A stretch of DNA of 32,000 nt. It comes from Methanopyrus kandleri AV19 (GTDB lineage: Archaea; JAADCQ01; Methanopyri; Methanopyrales; Methanopyraceae). The translations under genes were made by a program, and so were the position numbers. Below the pieces are notes generated by a model, which was given only the letters and a program-made list of their open reading frames with translations, searched no databases and was not told where the DNA came from. Shown here one piece after another: positions 24,542-31,385 of the stretch. The stretch is taken from contig NC_003551.1 of assembly GCF_000007185.1 (NCBI RefSeq), forward strand, positions 799,646 to 831,645, written 5' to 3'. Each line of letters starts with the position of its first letter. Within the stretch, counting starts at the first letter, position 1.

Positions 24542-25719
24542 TCACCTCCTCTTCAGTTCGATGACTACCTCGGGTTTCAAGAGCTGATACCCCAGGATCG
24601 CTCCCAAAGCGGCCGGGACGGCGCAGTCGATGCCGAACAGCTCGATGACCAGCACAGCGGACGAGATCGGAGCGTTGAACGTCGCAGCCAAGAACGCAGC
24701 GATAGCCGTCGCGGTTCCGGCCGGAGCGGACGGGCCCAACGTTTGACCCAGAAAAGACCCAAAAACGCGCCCACGCACACTGTCGGTGAAACCAAGCCCG
24801 CGGGTGTTTCACTACCGACTGTTAGCGCGGTGGCTACCATTTTGCCCAGGAACGATAGTAGCGCTTCTTCGGCTCCGATGCGGCCTAAGGCGGCCTTCGA
24901 GGCGTAGTCCAACCCCAATCCTACGGCTGTCGGAATAGCGATGCCTACCGACGCTACCCCGAGTCCTGCTAGGAGAGAACGTACGGGTTGACTAGGTACG
25001 GATTCGACGAACAGACGACGGGCTTCCTTGACGCACCGGCTGTACACGTATGCGAGTAACGTCGCCACTACGGCGATCACCAGGAGTTCCGGCAGGTGCT
25101 GTGGGCTGTAGTGATAAGGGGCGTTCCTCACGAGCAAGTAGCGCTTTCCTAAGGTCGAAACGTACACGGAGTATCCGGCAAGACTGGCTATCGTGCTGGG
25201 AAAAAGTACGACGTAGCGGGACCTCACGCGAAGGACCTCGATGGCGAACAGGGCCGCCGCCAGCGGTGCGCACAGAACCCCGGCCACGCCTCCCGAAATT
25301 ACCCCCAGCACGGCCCATTTTCTTTCCATCTCCGACATTCCCAGCTTCGAAGCTACGTAGCCCCCTACGGACGCGCACGCCTGGGCACAAGGTCCTACTT
25401 GACCGCCACTACCTCCCCCGCCGATGACGAGACCCGCGAGTACCAACTTCGCCATCCCTCTGATGGGATTCGCGGGCTCGTTTGGGAACCCCCGGACGAT
25501 GATCTCCATCCCGGTCCCTCGGAGCTCGGGATGTAGTGCCGCTAGGCTGCCGGCCAGCAGCATGAACGCCGGGATAACTAACGGCTCGTTCCCGACGGCC
25601 TTCTCCACCGTGCTTATAATTGAGGAGATGGCGACAGCACACGCTCCGCCGACAACGCCCAACGCCGCGGCCAAAACCGTCCACCGGGCGACGTGAATCA
25701 ACGCCCCCGTCGACGGCAA
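24542..25719 (-). pseudogene. ClC-family chloride channel/transporter gene interrupted by a frameshift at an A5/T5 run (24761-24765)
   Basis: Track ORF 24577-25986 carries the ClC helices (GTGMEI; GGGGSGGQVGPCAQACASVGG corresponding to the GxEGP region; GSETPAGLVSPTVCVGAFLG), then turns into Arg/Ser-rich text. The homologous continuation SFLGQTLGPSAPAGTATAIAAFLAATFNAPISSAVLVIELFG is in the other frame (ORF 24542-24778). The likely start is TTG 25719, preceded by GGAGGTGGA; codons upstream of it are Arg/Pro-rich and antisense to the cupin gene. Confidence 0.75.
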
Positions 25720-25745
25720 CTCTCCACCTCCGGGGGTTCTCGGCG

Positions 25746-26066
25746 GTGTGGACCCTGACGGTAAGTGCTGAGGGGGAACGCGGACCGTGCGGACGCGTGC
25801 GAGAGTTGTACTCAAATGACAAGGTCTCCGTGGCAGAAGTGAGTGTTCGGGGTGAAGGCGAAGAGCATTACCACCGACGCACGTTCGAGGTGTACTACGT
25901 GATCGACGGTCGTGGAAAAGTGGTGCTGAACGGTCGTCCCGTCGACGTGGGACCGGGGGACGTCGTCGCCATCGAACCGGGGACAAGGCATAAGGTGATC
26001 GGCAACCTGAGGATGCTGGTGGTGTGCATCCCCCCGTTCGACCCGGAGGATGTGTACCGGGTATGA
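25746..26066 (+). CDS. Small cupin-domain protein
   Basis: The ORF opens at 25620, where it is Arg/Pro/Thr-rich and antisense to ClC. The cupin core is VSVAEVSVRGEGEEHYHRRTFEVYYVIDGRGKVVLNGRPVDVGPGDVVAIEPGTRHKV. The start is GTG 25746 or GTG 25797. Confidence 0.7.
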   Translation: MWTLTVSAEGERGPCGRVRELYSNDKVSVAEVSVRGEGEEHYHRRTFEVYYVIDGRGKVVLNGRPVDVGPGDVVAIEPGTRHKVIGNLRMLVVCIPPFDPEDVYRV

Positions 26067-26121
26067 TGAGCTAAGCCTACGCCGACCTAGTGGGGAGTGA
26101 GGATACGGGTGAGCTGCCTGA
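26063..26121 (+). ncRNA. Candidate C/D-box sRNA (weak)
   Basis: C box AUGAUGA at 26063-26069, overlapping the cupin stop. A 12-nt spacer leads to D'-like CCGA at 26082-26085. C'-like GUGAGGA lies at 26097-26103. A 14-nt spacer leads to D box CUGA at 26118-26121. The internal boxes are degenerate and the second spacer is long. Confidence 0.25.
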
Positions 26122-26410
26122 CCCACCCCGCGTGTTTATCGAACTGAGGTTAAGAGTTCCCGAAGAGGTACTATCGGCCCTGGATCCGGATTCCGATAAG
26201 TGTTGCGACAGAAGTGGGGACGTTGTCGAGGTATTCGTCGAAGGGTTCGGGGCGGCGAAATACGCCGTCGAGGACGTTCTGCGGTGCGTAAAAGTGGGCA
26301 CCGACACGCTCGAAACCGTCAGGGGGAGCGAGAGTGCAGCCACTGACGAGGAGGAACAAGGACGAGCATCCCGCGGTTCTCGACCCGGATCGAACGATCG
26401 TCCTAGGTGA
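26090..26410 (+). CDS. Small hypothetical acidic protein (first gene of the 26090-29032 operon); possible CitD/MdcC-like carrier protein
   Basis: 106-aa ORF, or 92 aa from GTG 26132. It contains DRSGDVVEVFVEGFGAAKYAVEDVLRCV, reminiscent of the prosthetic-group Ser context of citrate-lyase and malonate-decarboxylase ACPs. It would lack one strand relative to CitD, so function confidence is low. Confidence 0.4.
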   Translation: MGSEDTGELPDPPRVFIELRLRVPEEVLSALDPDSDKCCDRSGDVVEVFVEGFGAAKYAVEDVLRCVKVGTDTLETVRGSESAATDEEEQGRASRGSRPGSNDRPR

Positions 26411-26411
26411 C

Positions 26412-27050
26412 GTGACGGTGTCCCGAGACGCGGTGATAGGACCGGAGGTCAGACTGGGACCGGACGCCGTCGTACGAGGCGCTGTGATATCCGGACGTTG
26501 TGTCGTCTACAATTGTGAGCTCGGACGTTGTGCCGTAGGTCCTAAAACCACGGTCACGGGTGATGTTGGGGACGGAGTTACCATCCACTCGGGTACGATT
26601 CTAGGGCAGCTCCGTGTGAGCGGGGAGATCGAACCACCCGAGGTAGGTGAGGGGGCCTTCTTGGGACCTGGGGTTTCCGTTCTTCCGGGGACGGTCATAG
26701 GTCCGGAGTCCGTCGTGATGCCCGATAGTGTGGTGACCGAGCGCGTACCGCGTCGCGGAGTCGTCAGCGGAAATCCGGCGATGCCCACGGGGATGGTCGT
26801 CGACGCGGAGACGTTGATCCTGGAGTTCGATGGAAAGCGGCTGTTACTCGAAGGGAAACGGGGAACCGCCTTCGACGTCAGGCTGAGCGACGGCGAACTC
26901 GAAATCACCGAAGAGAGCCCCGATAACTTCGGAGCCGTGCTTGAGAAGGACGTAGTGAAGGTGGTTCGCATGGGACACGCGATACCCTTGCCCGCTGAGC
27001 GACCTTTCTCCATCCCCCTGCACGTACTGGAGGTACGAACGAAGGGGTAA
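26412..27050 (+). CDS. Left-handed beta-helix (hexapeptide-repeat) protein, acyltransferase-like, with an extra C-terminal domain of about 80 aa
   Basis: The ORF opens at 26334. GTG 26412 lies 1 nt after the preceding stop. It has successive [LIV]-G-x4 turns: AVIGPEVRLGPDAVVRGAVISGRCVVYNCELGRCAVGPKTTVTGDVGDGVTIHSGTILG...AFLGPGVSVLPGTVIGPESVVMPDSVV...GVVSGNPA. Confidence 0.7.
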   Translation: MTVSRDAVIGPEVRLGPDAVVRGAVISGRCVVYNCELGRCAVGPKTTVTGDVGDGVTIHSGTILGQLRVSGEIEPPEVGEGAFLGPGVSVLPGTVIGPESVVMPDSVVTERVPRRGVVSGNPAMPTGMVVDAETLILEFDGKRLLLEGKRGTAFDVRLSDGELEITEESPDNFGAVLEKDVVKVVRMGHAIPLPAERPFSIPLHVLEVRTKG

Positions 27051-27057
27051 GTGGGCG

Positions 27058-27660
27058 GTGCCGGTCCGCGAGTCACTACTGATAGACACCGATGTGCGCC
27101 GCTCGCTAGTGCTCGGGTCCGTATTGGAGATGTGCGAGGTGGAAAGAGCAGCCGTGTTGGGTACTGTTGCCCAGGGTAAGCGGTTCGAACACGGTGTTTT
27201 CGTGGCCGGGAAGCGGGTACCAGGCGAGGTAATCACGGTAGAGGTGGAAGTCTCAAGGGAAGTCGTACGCTCGGGATCGATGGAAATCGACCTCGATCCC
27301 GCGGATCCGGATCTGGTGGCGGTGGTTGCGGATGTGAGGGCTACTGGACTCATCGCGAACCTCACCGGCTTACGACCGGAGCGCCGAGGATTCCACGCCC
27401 TGTTCGCTTTCTCGGGTGAGTTACCCGCTCGAGTACGGAAGAGGGTGGTAAGCAACCTGGACGTGTTCAGAGAATGTTGTCCGTGTGCCCTATTGGAGAT
27501 CGGTGACGTGAAGCTGAGGTTTCTAGGAGGTCGACAGGTGTTCGATGAAAGGTCCAGACTGTCGTATACGGACGTCCTCGCCGTCAGGGACGGGAAGCCG
27601 ATAGCATCTGCATGGAGGCCGGCGTCCAGAAGCGTCATCTCTAAGTTGGGGGCCAGGTGA
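27058..27660 (+). CDS. Hypothetical protein (operon member, no recognised motif)
   Basis: 200 aa with a GTG start 7 nt after the LbH stop. Composition is coding-like. The antisense track ORFs here are Ser/Thr-rich shadows. Confidence 0.5.
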   Translation: MPVRESLLIDTDVRRSLVLGSVLEMCEVERAAVLGTVAQGKRFEHGVFVAGKRVPGEVITVEVEVSREVVRSGSMEIDLDPADPDLVAVVADVRATGLIANLTGLRPERRGFHALFAFSGELPARVRKRVVSNLDVFRECCPCALLEIGDVKLRFLGGRQVFDERSRLSYTDVLAVRDGKPIASAWRPASRSVISKLGAR

Positions 27661-27666
27661 GGGACC

Positions 27667-28593
27667 GTGGTGGGGACAGTCAGAGAGCTTCCGACGCTGT
27701 TTTGCGAGTCGGTCGCACTGGAGGTACTCTCCGGGCCGAAACCAGGGTTGGTGGATCCCATCTCTCCTAGCTCCCACGAGGACATGGGGCCCCGTGAGTT
27801 CCTCGCGTGCCTTCCGGAGCTTCGAAGGTGTCTCGAGGAGGCCCTAGAGCTGGGGATAGACGGTGAACCCGTAGACGAGTTGATCCGGTCCCTTCCCGCG
27901 TGGAACGTGGACGTGATAACAGCTTCTGGCGGACCTAACTCCGTGCGTGGGATAGTGTTCCTCGGGTCAGTGTACTGCTACTCGGCTGGGCTCGAAAACG
28001 ACCCGTTCCCGTTCGGCCGCATCCGCGTCGTCGGGAGAAGGTGTACGGAGGCCCTCTGGAACCGGTCGGAAACCAAGTGCGGGCGAATCCGGATCAAGGA
28101 GCGATTGGCCGGTGTCTTCGGCGAGGTGGCCTCCGGAATGGCTACGGCTCGGGGGGTATCCTTGCCGGTCCTACGGGCCACGCTGCGGGCGGGAAGGCCC
28201 CTCGAAGAGGCCGTGATACACTCGGTACTGGCCTGCATGTCAACGTTAGAAGACGCCGGGATCCCCCGGAAACTGCGTAATTGGGTGAAACGAAGGGCGT
28301 CGGAAGTTCTACGCGCTGGAGGCCCGTTCACCGAACGGGGTCGCGCGGAGCTGCACAAATTCGTGCACGAGTGCGCCGAACGTGGGGTGAGTCCCGGTGC
28401 CTCGGCCGACGTCACGGTCGTTGGACTCGTCCTCCTACTTGCGAGGTGGGGGAGGGACATCGTATCCCCGTATCGTGATCCTCCGCGGAGGTGGAGTGGC
28501 GGAGCTGTTGAACGGAACTCTCAGGCTTCTGATACGGTCGGACGGAACCCGGGCGGTCGCGTCCGCGGGAGACGAGAAGTTCTTAAAGGCTGA
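27667..28593 (+). CDS. CitG/MdcB-like ATP:dephospho-CoA triphosphoribosyl transferase family protein
   Basis: 308 aa. The family motifs occur in order: LSGPKPGLVDP, SSHEDM, GGPNSVRGIVFLG (compare NTHKGxIF), LAGVFGEVASG (compare GARGE), and GVSPGASADVTVVGL (compare SPGGSADLL). The last 45 aa or so, after LLLARWG, are Arg/Gly-rich run-on that overlaps the next gene. Confidence 0.75.
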   Translation: MVGTVRELPTLFCESVALEVLSGPKPGLVDPISPSSHEDMGPREFLACLPELRRCLEEALELGIDGEPVDELIRSLPAWNVDVITASGGPNSVRGIVFLGSVYCYSAGLENDPFPFGRIRVVGRRCTEALWNRSETKCGRIRIKERLAGVFGEVASGMATARGVSLPVLRATLRAGRPLEEAVIHSVLACMSTLEDAGIPRKLRNWVKRRASEVLRAGGPFTERGRAELHKFVHECAERGVSPGASADVTVVGLVLLLARWGRDIVSPYRDPPRRWSGGAVERNSQASDTVGRNPGGRVRGRREVLKG

Positions 28594-29032
28594 CGAAGCT
28601 GAGGTCCGCAGGGAGTTAACACCCTTCGAAGCTTACCGGAAGATATGCAAGAAACTGGACGCGTCTGTTGTCGAGCCACCCGAAGATGTAGGACATCCCG
28701 TCGATCCTGAGGTGGGATATCGGGTCCTGGAACTCTTGGAGAGCCTGTGGGACTCGGGGTTCAGGCGCTTGGGTGTCTTGGGGACCGTCGGGTGCGGTGC
28801 GCCCCTCCACGACATCGAGGTCGGGAATCCGGTCGGGTGGACTAGCGTTCGGGTCTCGAACCCAGGCTCAGATCTCGACCTCGTGGCCCCCCACCGAGAT
28901 TACTTATTGGAGATGTCACTGTCTGGTTTCGAAACTGTAAAGCGTTTCGCGGACCGTGTGATAATGTCTCCCGCGGCATTCACTGGGTTTACAGTTCCCA
29001 GAGTCGAAGTCCGGTTACCCAGGGGGTGTTAA
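28475..29032 (+). CDS. Putative pol-beta-type nucleotidyltransferase, MdcG/CitX-like (phosphoribosyl-dephospho-CoA transferase-like)
   Basis: The ORF opens at 28397, and GTG 28475 follows [29 protein letters not shown]...[14 protein letters not shown] resembles the MdcG pattern G-V-T-G-S-x-G ... SDLDLL. This is a pattern-level inference. Confidence 0.5.
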   Translation: MILRGGGVAELLNGTLRLLIRSDGTRAVASAGDEKFLKADEAEVRRELTPFEAYRKICKKLDASVVEPPEDVGHPVDPEVGYRVLELLESLWDSGFRRLGVLGTVGCGAPLHDIEVGNPVGWTSVRVSNPGSDLDLVAPHRDYLLEMSLSGFETVKRFADRVIMSPAAFTGFTVPRVEVRLPRGC

Positions 29033-29033
29033 C

Positions 29034-30503
29034 TTGACGGAAAAACTTGACAGTGTGTTACCCAAAACCTCACAAGGTTCGAACTTGAACGATCTGAAGA
29101 ACCTCCGCGATGCGCTGGATAAGTTTTCCGAGATCGAGCCGGATCTGGACGTCGAGTCGCTGAAAGCTACGCTGGACGATCTGATCACGCTCATGGAAGA
29201 AACAGGCGTGAAAGACGTGAGGGATCTCTGCGAGAAGTTTCTGGACTTCAAGCGTGAAAAGGAGCGGTTGGAAGAGCTCCTCAAGGAGTACTTCAAGCGG
29301 TTGGAGGAGTTGGAGCGGAAGCTGCGAGCCCACGAGGAGAAGCTTCGCATCGAGGCCCGTCGTCGTAAGACTCTGGAGAAGGAGTTGGAGATGGAGCGCG
29401 ACGAGAAGGCCGAGCTGCGGGAGGAGCTACGGCGTAAAGAAGTCATGATCGAGAAGCTCCGTAGCGACCTGCAGCGGATGAAGAAGCCCCCGCTCATCGT
29501 GGGTACCGTCGAAGAGATCCTCGACGACGGTCGCGTGATAGTGAAGAGTTCCACGGGTCCGAAGTTCGTCTCGAACGTGAGCCCGACCGTAGACAGAAAC
29601 GAGCTCGAGCCGGGTGCTAACGTGGCCCTCAACCAGCAGAGCATGGCCGTGGTGGACGTGTTACCGTCGGAGAAAGACTCACGTGTACTGGCGATGGAGG
29701 TGGACGAGTCACCCGATGTGTCGTACGACGATATCGGCGGTCTGGACGAGCAGATCCGCGAGATCCGAGAAGTCGTGGAGAAGCCGCTCAAGGAGCCCGA
29801 GCTGTTCGAGAAGGTCGGTGTCGAACCGCCGAAGGGTGTCCTACTGTACGGTCCACCGGGCACCGGTAAGACCCTGCTGGCCAAAGCCGTGGCGAACCAC
29901 GCCGACGCCACCTTCATCCGGCTCGCCGCGCCGGAATTGGTCCAGAAGTTCATCGGCGAAGGTGCTAGACTGGTGCGGGAGCTGTTCGAACTCGCACGCG
30001 AGAAGGCTCCGAGTATTATCTTCATCGACGAGATCGACGCGATCGGTGCCCGGCGAATGCGGGACGCGACGAGCGGAGACCGCGAGGTCCAGCGCACGCT
30101 CACCCAGCTGCTCGCGGAGATGGACGGCTTCGATCCGCTCGACGACATCAAGGTCATCGCGGCCACGAACCGGAAGGACATCCTGGACCCGGCCTTGCTG
30201 CGACCGGGTCGGTTCGACAGGCACATTAAGATCCCGCTACCGGACGAGGAGGGCCGGTACGAGATCTTCAAGATCCACACGCGCGACATGAACTTGGCCG
30301 AGGACGTCGATCTCCAGAAGCTGGCGAAGATCACCGAGGGTGCCTCAGGTGCGGACATCAAGGCCATATGTACCGAGGCTGGTATGATGGCTATACGCGA
30401 GGACCGTGACATTGTCACCATGGATGACTTCCTGAAGGCCGTGGACAGGGTCATGGGTAAGAAGGAAGAAGAGAGCGGAGAGTTCAAGCGCGCGTACCAC
30501 TGA
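29034..30503 (+). CDS. pan: Proteasome-activating nucleotidase (PAN, AAA+ ATPase)
   Basis: Long N-terminal coiled coil, OB domain ([31 protein letters not shown]), Walker [16 protein letters not shown], Walker [10 protein letters not shown], second region of homology, and C-terminal ...FKRAYH. The TTG start lies 1 nt after the upstream stop. ATG 29193 (M54) would give a more typical protein of about 436 aa. Confidence 0.95.
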   Translation: MTEKLDSVLPKTSQGSNLNDLKNLRDALDKFSEIEPDLDVESLKATLDDLITLMEETGVKDVRDLCEKFLDFKREKERLEELLKEYFKRLEELERKLRAHEEKLRIEARRRKTLEKELEMERDEKAELREELRRKEVMIEKLRSDLQRMKKPPLIVGTVEEILDDGRVIVKSSTGPKFVSNVSPTVDRNELEPGANVALNQQSMAVVDVLPSEKDSRVLAMEVDESPDVSYDDIGGLDEQIREIREVVEKPLKEPELFEKVGVEPPKGVLLYGPPGTGKTLLAKAVANHADATFIRLAAPELVQKFIGEGARLVRELFELAREKAPSIIFIDEIDAIGARRMRDATSGDREVQRTLTQLLAEMDGFDPLDDIKVIAATNRKDILDPALLRPGRFDRHIKIPLPDEEGRYEIFKIHTRDMNLAEDVDLQKLAKITEGASGADIKAICTEAGMMAIREDRDIVTMDDFLKAVDRVMGKKEEESGEFKRAYH

Positions 30504-30544
30504 TGCGGACTCCCCGACCTTCCACCAACAATCCCCTCCCCAGG

Positions 30545-30600
30545 ATGACGAGGCGGTTGCTGGCGGACCCGACAGGGATGATGAATAGTGGGCGAGCGGA
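30545..30600 (+). ncRNA. Candidate C/D-box sRNA with non-canonical CGGA D boxes
   Basis: C-like AUGACGA at 30545-30551, an exact 12-nt spacer, and CGGA at 30564-30567. After a 10-nt loop, C' AUGAUGA lies at 30578-30584, followed by an exact 12-nt spacer and CGGA at 30597-30600. It sits in the 84-nt PAN/GNAT intergenic gap and overlaps the GNAT GTG start by 13 nt. Confidence 0.3.
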
Positions 30601-31385
30601 CTGTTGCGCATTACGGTCCTTACGTCGTTAAGGAGATCAGAACGAACCAGGACAACCTGGACGCGATCCGTTCGTTACTGAAGTCCGCCGAGCGCCGTGG
30701 TCCTGGAAACGTGGGAGAAGTGGTTCCTCTCGATGTCTTCGACACGGACCGTGGGCTAGCCTCCGATCGCACCAGGCTGCTGGTGGCTCTACGGGAGGAC
30801 GAGATCGTCGCTTGCGTCGCCGCGGATCCTCGGGAACGCATAGGTTCCGGTCCCAATCCCCACAACGTCTTCGGCCTCGTAGTGTCTCCGGAGGTGCGCG
30901 CCAGGTACCAGTTGGGACACGTCATGATCGCCGCCGCCCTGAAAACGCTCCGGGAAGAAGGTCTGAAGGTCGCACGAACCACTCCAATCAGACGCGCCTT
31001 ACCGTTCTTCACGGGTATCCGCGCCGATCCCACTCATGTGTACCGGGAACTCGAGGTGAGGCTAAGGTGGTATCGTAGGACTGGGAGTGAGGAGTACTTG
31101 GAGCTAACCAGGGTACCGAGAGAGGTCCGTGAAGAGCTGGAGCTACTTCGAATTCGTACGGTGAACGCTCGGAGGGACCCTACACCGTTTCACCGGTTGG
31201 ATCCGGAGAAGCCCGTGCACGTTTTCAGGTCGGGTGTCCGCTCGTTCACCCTCATAGCATCGCTGGGGGACGGGGATCATGGTCGACGTCAGCGTGATAT
31301 TGCCCACGTACAACGAGCGCGAGAACCTTCCAAGGGTGATTCCCAAGATCGAGGAGGTAGTGGAGGAAGAAGGCTGGACCGCTGA
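30588..31385 (+). CDS. GNAT-family acetyltransferase-like protein with C-terminal extension
   Basis: 265 aa. GNAT-like beta1-alpha1 (YVVKEIRTNQDNLDAIRSLL), LLVALREDEIVACVAA, and a motif-A-like LVVSPEVRARYQLGHVMIAAALKTLREEG. The last 35 codons overlap the GT2 gene out of frame and are Arg/Gly-rich. Confidence 0.6.
   Translation: MGERTVAHYGPYVVKEIRTNQDNLDAIRSLLKSAERRGPGNVGEVVPLDVFDTDRGLASDRTRLLVALREDEIVACVAADPRERIGSGPNPHNVFGLVVSPEVRARYQLGHVMIAAALKTLREEGLKVARTTPIRRALPFFTGIRADPTHVYRELEVRLRWYRRTGSEEYLELTRVPREVREELELLRIRTVNARRDPTPFHRLDPEKPVHVFRSGVRSFTLIASLGDGDHGRRQRDIAHVQRAREPSKGDSQDRGGSGGRRLDR

Noticed and set aside
25720-25986. N-terminal 89 codons of the 469-aa track ORF, considered as part of the ClC protein
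   Set aside because: The stretch is Arg/Pro-rich, precedes any TM helix, and is antisense to the cupin gene. A TTG at 25719 with a strong GGAGGTGGA SD gives a normal ClC N-terminus.
26090-26410. Reading the small acidic ORF as a Pcc1-like KEOPS subunit
   Set aside because: The only resemblance is a loose LDPD...LR..V pattern, and the genomic context (CitG-like operon) does not fit. It is kept as a hypothetical protein with the alternative carrier-protein idea flagged as speculative.
26507-27785. 189-aa and 313-aa minus-strand ORFs
   Set aside because: They are Ser/Thr/Pro-rich shadows opposite the hexapeptide-repeat gene and the 200-aa gene. The plus-strand frames show regular LbH repeats and tight operon spacing.
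29015-30487. 490-aa minus-strand ORF, nearly the same length as PAN
   Set aside because: It is extremely Ser-rich and antisense to PAN, whose frame has Walker A/B and all AAA+ motifs. The absence of stops is a codon-bias artefact.
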